Part shown: positions 35,122 through 40,141 of the stretch, piece after piece | Numbering within the stretch: the stretch's first letter is position 1 | Layout of the letters: each line of letters starts with the position of its first letter | Source of the DNA: an uncultured Pseudomonadota bacterium | Lineage (GTDB): Bacteria; Pseudomonadota; Alphaproteobacteria; Rs-D84 | Reading direction: 5' to 3' | DNA: 40,141 nucleotides | Assembly (NCBI GenBank): GCA_900313285.1 | Contig: OMQP01000001.1 | Span: 1-40,141, forward strand | Program-made: the position numbers and the translations under genes | Notes under the pieces: model-generated | Database searches by the model: none | Seen by the model: only the letters and a program-made list of their open reading frames with translations | Told to the model about the DNA's origin: nothing

Positions 35122-36753
35122 ATGAAGTTTCATTTTAATATTGGTTTAATTTGTGCTTTGACAAGTTTGATTCTTGGCGGTTGTACTTTGCATCAGTCTG
35201 CGAAAGTTTCTGCAGAGGTAGATCAGAATTTTGTTAATGCATATGAAGCTTTTGAAATGTCAAAGGCCCCCCGTGCCAAGGTTGCAAGTGGCGATACGGT
35301 TTCTATGTCCGAAGGGGTGTGGTTGGGAAACAAATCAACCGTGTTAGAACATAAAAATAAATTACCATCTAAATTTGAAACAGATACAGGTATAACAATT
35401 TTATTAAATGAACCTGTTACATTACAGGTTTTGGCAAATGACATAAATTCTATTACTGGTATTCCTGTAAAAATCGATAGTCAGGTTGATAATGAAAAGT
35501 TAAAAAAGACAGTTGATGTTGCGTATACTGGAAAATTGTCTGGTTTGCTTTCACAAATTGCAACAGATTTAGATTTGCTTTGGTATTATAACAAAGATTC
35601 TATTGTGTTCTATGAAACAGAAACCAGAACATATACTTTGTATGCGCTGGGGACAGATGTGTCATACCAATCGTCTGTTCAAACAGACAGTGGAAATCAC
35701 GTGTCATTAGAATCTACATTAAAAGAATGGGATGAAGTTGAATCAACAATAAATTCTATTATAAATAATTCCAAAAATGCACAATTTACTGTATCTCGCA
35801 GTTTGGGAACAATAACCGTCACTGCATCGCCATCGATTTTGAATCGTGTTGGGGAATATATCGCAAAACAAAATAAACGTTTGTCTCAATTAGTGACAAT
35901 CGATGTCAAGGTTTTACAGGTATCATTAACAAATGAATCTGCGTTTGGATTGAATTTGGCTGCTGCGATAAATTCTGCATCGGGATTAAATATCGTTGCA
36001 AATCCAAAAAATAATTTAGCAACAACTGAAGCGTCCTCTATGAATGTTGCAGTGTTATCTAATGCTGTATCTGCGGCAACCGGGGCCACACACATAGATG
36101 CGTCTGGTAAAGTTGTCGAAGGGGCATATACTAATGAACAGATTAATAATGGTTCAATGGCAAGAATCGCTGGAACAAATGCTTTGATAGAAGCATTGGC
36201 AAAGCAGGGCAAGGTTTCATTGGTGACAAACGTTGGTGTTACAACACGTAATAACCGTGTCGCACCGGTTACAAATACAAAAACAACAGGATACATCAAA
36301 CGTTTTGAATCAAGAACATTCACAACCGTAGAATCAAGTACTGTTGACCAGGATGATTTGGAAACAGGATTTTCAATGCAATTATTACCGAACGTTTTGG
36401 AAAATGGAAAAATATTATTGTTGTTCAAAATGTCTGTTCGTGAATTGTTGAAAATGGCAACACAAACTATCGGTGCGGTTACATTACAATTACCAGAAGT
36501 TGAAGAACGTTCCTTTATGCAGGAAGTTATCATGGAATCTGGTCAAATGTTGGTTGTTTCCGGATTTGAAAAACAGAGCAACAACGACACAAGATATGGT
36601 ATTGGGGATGCTGATTTCATGGCGTTGTCTGGATCACGTGATACTGCTGCAACCCGTGAAGTGTTGGTTGTTATCTTAACACCTCAGGTTTTGGTCAGTC
36701 CAATGGATGCCGAACGCAGTATCCAACAACATTGGGGTGCACCATTAAATTAG
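35122..36753 (+). CDS. PilN/BfpB/TcpC-type lipoprotein secretin (type IVb)
   Basis: Lipobox LILGGC. 543 aa. The C-terminal secretin domain is GFSMQLLPNVLENGKILLLF..QEVIMESGQMLVVSGFEKQ..REVLVVILTPQVL. Confidence 0.7.
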   Translation: MKFHFNIGLICALTSLILGGCTLHQSAKVSAEVDQNFVNAYEAFEMSKAPRAKVASGDTVSMSEGVWLGNKSTVLEHKNKLPSKFETDTGITILLNEPVTLQVLANDINSITGIPVKIDSQVDNEKLKKTVDVAYTGKLSGLLSQIATDLDLLWYYNKDSIVFYETETRTYTLYALGTDVSYQSSVQTDSGNHVSLESTLKEWDEVESTINSIINNSKNAQFTVSRSLGTITVTASPSILNRVGEYIAKQNKRLSQLVTIDVKVLQVSLTNESAFGLNLAAAINSASGLNIVANPKNNLATTEASSMNVAVLSNAVSAATGATHIDASGKVVEGAYTNEQINNGSMARIAGTNALIEALAKQGKVSLVTNVGVTTRNNRVAPVTNTKTTGYIKRFESRTFTTVESSTVDQDDLETGFSMQLLPNVLENGKILLLFKMSVRELLKMATQTIGAVTLQLPEVEERSFMQEVIMESGQMLVVSGFEKQSNNDTRYGIGDADFMALSGSRDTAATREVLVVILTPQVLVSPMDAERSIQQHWGAPLN

Positions 36754-36770
36754 TATATATATAATAAGAT

Positions 36771-36802
36771 AAAAACATCCGCATTTCTTGCGGATGTTTT
36801 TT
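36771..36802 (+). terminator. rho-independent terminator after the secretin gene
   Basis: aaaaaCATCCGCatttcttGCGGATGtttttt. Confidence 0.8.
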
Positions 36803-36825
36803 ACTTTTTTTACCACCCCCATTTG

Positions 36826-36834
36826 TGATATAAT
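36826..36834 (+). promoter_or_regulatory. extended -10 element TGaTATAAT
   Basis: tttgTGATATAATag, 27 nt upstream of ATG 36862. Confidence 0.4.
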
Positions 36835-36876
36835 AGAACAAAAGAAAAGGGGAATAAAGTCATGAAAGCCGCAGAA

Positions 36877-36908
<32 letters not shown>

Positions 36909-36958
36909 GGGTGTCTTTGTAAAATAATATTATCCATAATCGCAATCGCGATAATAAC

Positions 36959-37004
36959 CCCCACATACGCAAAAGATTCAACCCCACATACGCAAAAGAT
37001 TCAA
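36959..37004 (+). repeat. perfect 23-bp tandem duplication (ccccacatacgcaaaagattcaa x2)
   Basis: Copy 1 is 36959-36981 and copy 2 is 36982-37004, and they are identical. The unit length is not a multiple of 3. Confidence 0.98.
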
Positions 37005-37719
37005 ATAATCATATAGAACCAAGTCCAACAAACGATTGTGTCGAATCAACATTGGGTACAGCAACTGGTCCTGCAAATTTGGAAGCAGATTGGACTGCAA
37101 ACACATTAACAATAGATTGGTATAATGGTGATACAAAATTATCATCAAATACATGTACATATGATGGACAAATAATATTACCATCAACGAACCCAGAAAA
37201 AACGGGATATACATTCCGTGGTTGGCAGGTTAGAACTGTACGACAATGCAGTTTAAAAGATTTTGCTGCAACCGTAGGAGCAGCGTCTACAAGTGTATAT
37301 GGTTCAGGAAGGGGGTTTATAGAAACAGATCCTATGAATGACAGAACTGCTAAAGCGGATGTCTTTGGTTTAACAGAAAAAGGCCAATGGGCAACAAATT
37401 TTGATGGTGGTGTGGTAAAGGGTATCAGTATATGTAGTAGTACGCCTTCCAATACCTATAATCAAGTTGTAGATAATGTATCTGCTGACAAAGGTGATTA
37501 TTGCTGGTGTAAACCAACAAGTTTTACTTTAAAAGAAAATGATATCATTGGTGAAACGTGTATGATTATATCTTCAAAATGGATTTATGCAGAAAAAGAT
37601 TGTTGGAACTGTGCTTGGTATTGTGCTAATTATGCAAAAGGGGATCATGCTACGAAGGTCGCTTACAAAACAAGTTTGTTTAATAATTTTTAATCATTTC
37701 TTAATAAAAACGAATACAC

Positions 37720-37753
37720 AAAAAACAACCGCCCAAACGGGCGGTTGTTTTTT
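37720..37753. terminator. bidirectional terminator between the repeat-protein gene and rpsT
   Basis: aaaaaaCAACCGCCCaaacGGGCGGTTGtttttt. Confidence 0.8.
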
Positions 37754-37765
37754 AAGAATTTTTAT

Positions 37766-38026
37766 TTAAGCAATTTTAGCAACTTTTTTTGCCAAACGTG
37801 CAACTTTGCGTGATGCAGTTTTCTTTGGCATTGTTTTGCCCGCTGCTTTCATAATTTTGCTTTCAGCACTGCGTACTGCTGCAACTGCAGCGGCTTTATC
37901 ACCAGATTCAATCGCTTTCAATGCTTTCTTGGTTTCTGTTTTTACAGCACTGCGACGTGCAGTGTTTATTGTATTCTTTTTTTCTGTAACCAGAATTCTT
38001 TTCTTACATGATTTATGATTTGCCAC
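37766..38026 (-). CDS. rpsT: 30S ribosomal protein S20
   Basis: 86 aa. MANHKSCKKRILVTEKKN..ARRSAVKT.. is the typical S20 sequence. Confidence 0.92.
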   Translation of the reverse strand: MANHKSCKKRILVTEKKNTINTARRSAVKTETKKALKAIESGDKAAAVAAVRSAESKIMKAAGKTMPKKTASRKVARLAKKVAKIA

Positions 38027-38100
38027 TTTATTTTCCTTTTATTTTATATGGTTTTCTGTTATTTTATAGAAAACAAACGCAAAATCAAGGGGAAAATGAC

Positions 38101-38688
38101 ATGTCTTATTTAATTTCTTTAATATTGGCTTATTTTTTTGGTTCAATACCATTTGGTTTAATCATTACAAAGTTATTTAACAAAGGTGATATCCGCAAAG
38201 TCGGTTCTGGAAATATTGGTGCAACAAATGTTATGCGCGTTGGGGGATTGCGTATGGCAGGACTGGTTTGGATATTGGATATGTTAAAGGCCATTATTGC
38301 TGTATTAATTGGTCGATATGTTGGTGGTGAAATATTGGCTGTGTGGTGCGGTTTTGTCGCTATTGTTGGGCATTGTTTCCCAATTTGGCTGAATTGGAAG
38401 GGGGGCAAAGGTATATCCTGTTTGTTCGGAGTGTTATTAGCAATTAACCCATTATTATTTATAATATGTGGAATTGAATGGTTAATTGTTGCGTTGGGAA
38501 CGGGATATTCGTCTGCTGGGGCTGTTGTCGCGTTTTGTATAATGCCAATTTTGGGTTTTGTGATAAGTTTTGGTATTGGTTTCGGGTTCCTGGCGATTGC
38601 ATTACTTTGTTTATGGCGCCATCGTGAAAATGTTTTACGTTTGATTTCTGGCAAAGAATCAAAAGTAGAATGGAAATGGAAAAAATAA
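38101..38688 (+). CDS. plsY: glycerol-3-phosphate acyltransferase PlsY
   Basis: Start reassigned to ATG 38101 with SD aagggga. Motifs YFFGSIPFG, GSGNIGATN and HCFPIWLNWKGGKG. Confidence 0.9.
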   Translation: MSYLISLILAYFFGSIPFGLIITKLFNKGDIRKVGSGNIGATNVMRVGGLRMAGLVWILDMLKAIIAVLIGRYVGGEILAVWCGFVAIVGHCFPIWLNWKGGKGISCLFGVLLAINPLLFIICGIEWLIVALGTGYSSAGAVVAFCIMPILGFVISFGIGFGFLAIALLCLWRHRENVLRLISGKESKVEWKWKK

Positions 38689-38726
38689 TTTTCATTATAA
38701 TAATATTTGTTTTTAATGGCATTTTG

Positions 38727-38735
38727 TGGTATAAT
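38727..38735 (+). promoter_or_regulatory. extended -10 element TGgTATAAT
   Basis: ttttgTGGTATAATac, 26 nt upstream of ATG 38762. Confidence 0.4.
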
Positions 38736-38761
38736 ACATGGCATAAAGAGAGGATATTCAA

Positions 38762-39547
38762 ATGAAGTATTTTGTATCATTATTGGTTTTAACAACCCTG
38801 GTTTTTGATGCCAATGCTGCAAGTAATGCACGTCCTGCGATGTCTGGAAAAATGATTATGGCGGCGCCACGTTATACGGCATCTATCAATCAATTAAATG
38901 CCGGGAAACCAACAACTGTGGCAGAACCAGAAGTCGTTGTTGAAGAAAAAGATATGCGCGAAGAAGAACGTAATGCATGTATCAATAACAATATTGGTAT
39001 TGGTAATACTTTTGTTTGGGCATCCCGTGACAGTGATACATCTAATTATGCAAATATGGTTGAAGATATAGAAAACCCTGAAAAAAATGTATGTTTTGTA
39101 AAGGTTGAATTGTCATCTGATGATGAATCCAGGGTGAAAGTTTCCGACATTGAACCAAAATATTTCATGTGGGGTGAAGCAATTGAATGTGGTTCATGGG
39201 CAGACGCACAAGAAATGGAAAAACGTATATTGGACGCACGCAAGGGTGCCCGTATTGGCGGTATCGTTGCAAGTACTGTTGGTGGCGCAGGACTTGGTGT
39301 CGGTGCAATGGAACTGATTGGTAATTACGCCATAGACGGATGGAAAGGTCAAAAAGAATTAGAAGGTGCACAATTATACAGATCACAGATATTGGCTTTG
39401 CAGAACAGCAAAAAGGTCGCTGATAACCAAAAAGCTGCCGAAATTATCGGTTATTTAAGGGTTGTTAGAGATGCGCATAATGCTGGTACTGCAATTGAAA
39501 ATTACGAAGAAATATATAAACCATTAATAGAAGAATTTGCACAATAG
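38762..39547 (+). CDS. exported/membrane protein of unknown function (261 aa)
   Basis: SD agagagga. Signal peptide ..VFDANA. Cys-containing middle domain. Gly-rich hydrophobic helix ARIGGIVASTVGGAGLGVGAMELIG. Helical C-terminus. Confidence 0.6.
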   Translation: MKYFVSLLVLTTLVFDANAASNARPAMSGKMIMAAPRYTASINQLNAGKPTTVAEPEVVVEEKDMREEERNACINNNIGIGNTFVWASRDSDTSNYANMVEDIENPEKNVCFVKVELSSDDESRVKVSDIEPKYFMWGEAIECGSWADAQEMEKRILDARKGARIGGIVASTVGGAGLGVGAMELIGNYAIDGWKGQKELEGAQLYRSQILALQNSKKVADNQKAAEIIGYLRVVRDAHNAGTAIENYEEIYKPLIEEFAQ

Positions 39548-39556
39548 GGGAAATGG

Positions 39557-40072
39557 ATGAAAAAGTTTTTAATATTTGCATTGTTTATTTTTCCGATGAT
39601 TGCTGTCGCAGCACCATCTGTTCGTATGTTGGGTAATAATACGACAAATGCAGCATCGGTTCAGAAAATTACACCAACAAAAAGTGGTAATACAGCAACA
39701 ACATCTGCACGTGTTGGGGTTTTGCGTGCTGCACCAAAAACATCTGGTGGAAATGTTGGGGCTATTACAGGGTCAAATTCACGTTTCCCAATAATTACAC
39801 CTGCACATTCTTATAACAGTGTTGCTGCACCAAGCAAAGATACTACTGTTGTTGTTCCTGCTGATGTGGATATAAATGCTATTACTGATGAAGTCACACA
39901 AAGAATAGAAAATAACTATTATAATAAAACCGAAGTTTATAATAATAATGAATTCAAAGAAGCGGTTAAAAACGTAGATGATCCAAGAATCGACGCAATC
40001 AAAGTTGGTTCAAGACCTGTTCATTCTGCGACTTTGCCATCGGATTATGTTTATATCTGGATCGAAGAATAA
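39557..40072 (+). CDS. secreted protein of unknown function (171 aa)
   Basis: SD gggga. Signal peptide ..MIAVAA. Ser/Thr/Ala/Gly-rich low-complexity region. Compact C-terminal domain ending ..DYVYIWIEE. Confidence 0.6.
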   Translation: MKKFLIFALFIFPMIAVAAPSVRMLGNNTTNAASVQKITPTKSGNTATTSARVGVLRAAPKTSGGNVGAITGSNSRFPIITPAHSYNSVAAPSKDTTVVVPADVDINAITDEVTQRIENNYYNKTEVYNNNEFKEAVKNVDDPRIDAIKVGSRPVHSATLPSDYVYIWIEE

Positions 40073-40098
40073 ATTAAATTATGAATTTTTTTCTTTAA

Positions 40099-40130
40099 GA
40101 AGATTGTAGATTTGTTCTACAATCTTTTTA
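40099..40130 (+). terminator. rho-independent terminator
   Basis: AAGATTGTAGAtttgtTCTACAATCTTttt. Confidence 0.7.
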
Positions 40131-40141
40131 TTATGAATGAA

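Noticed and set aside
35886-36533. 215-aa minus-strand ORF inside the secretin gene
   Set aside because: It is an antisense shadow, and the plus-strand frame carries the lipobox and the secretin motifs.
36959-37004. Possible CRISPR-like or regulatory direct repeat
   Set aside because: There are only two copies, directly abutting with no spacer, and they lie inside a coding context where both copies encode PTYAKDS. This is a tandem duplication, not a CRISPR array.
37009-37452. 147-aa minus-strand ORF opposite the repeat-protein gene
   Set aside because: The plus-strand frame contains the recognisable GYTFRGW repeat and extends further. The minus-strand ORF has no signals.
38008-38100. Upstream extension of plsY overlapping rpsT
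   Set aside because: ATG 38101 has an SD and gives the canonical PlsY N-terminus. The extension overlaps the rpsT start region.
38130-38831. 233-aa minus-strand ORF opposite plsY
   Set aside because: It is an antisense shadow of plsY that crosses the plsY terminator and promoter region. PlsY motifs are clear on the plus strand.

Overview
This is an AT-rich, very tightly packed chromosomal segment from a diderm bacterium that uses the standard genetic code. The gene content (GatCAB, TatA plus TatBC, LolA, DksA, SPOR and NlpD-type proteins, FtsL-FtsI, RecJ, SufS/T/E and SufB/C, MiaB, ThrRS, S20, PlsY, tRNA-Lys and tRNA-Phe) and the scrambled operons (tat, suf and dcw genes all split) fit a reduced-genome, probably host-associated alphaproteobacterium. 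That taxonomic call is inference only. About 45 protein genes and 2 tRNAs are supported. Most of the window is housekeeping. The accessory or unusual parts are listed here. (1) At the 5' edge there is a VirD4/TraG-family type IV coupling protein followed by a lipoprotein gene broken by one in-frame stop. (2) An 18-codon mini-ORF with five Thr codons in six sits in the thrS leader. (3) There is a SodC-like lipoprotein that has lost the metal ligands. (4) An outer-membrane protein and a small autotransporter lie next to each other. (5) Three tiny basic-tailed ORFs are wedged between gatB and miaB. (6) A sufB-sufC operon has no sufD and is flanked by unknown membrane proteins. (7) A self-contained PilL/TcpQ-like plus PilN-type secretin pair has no other pilus genes nearby. 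(8) Immediately downstream of that pair, a secreted Listeria-Bacteroides-repeat protein gene has its start codon, signal peptide and mature part in three different frames. The frames are separated by an (AC)14 microsatellite and a perfect 23-bp tandem duplication, so this is a candidate phase-variable locus or a very recent pseudogene. (9) A two-gene operon encodes unknown exported proteins. Promoter-like sites are mostly of the extended -10 type (TGnTATAAT). All calls come from reading the sequence and ORF track by eye; no database search was run.
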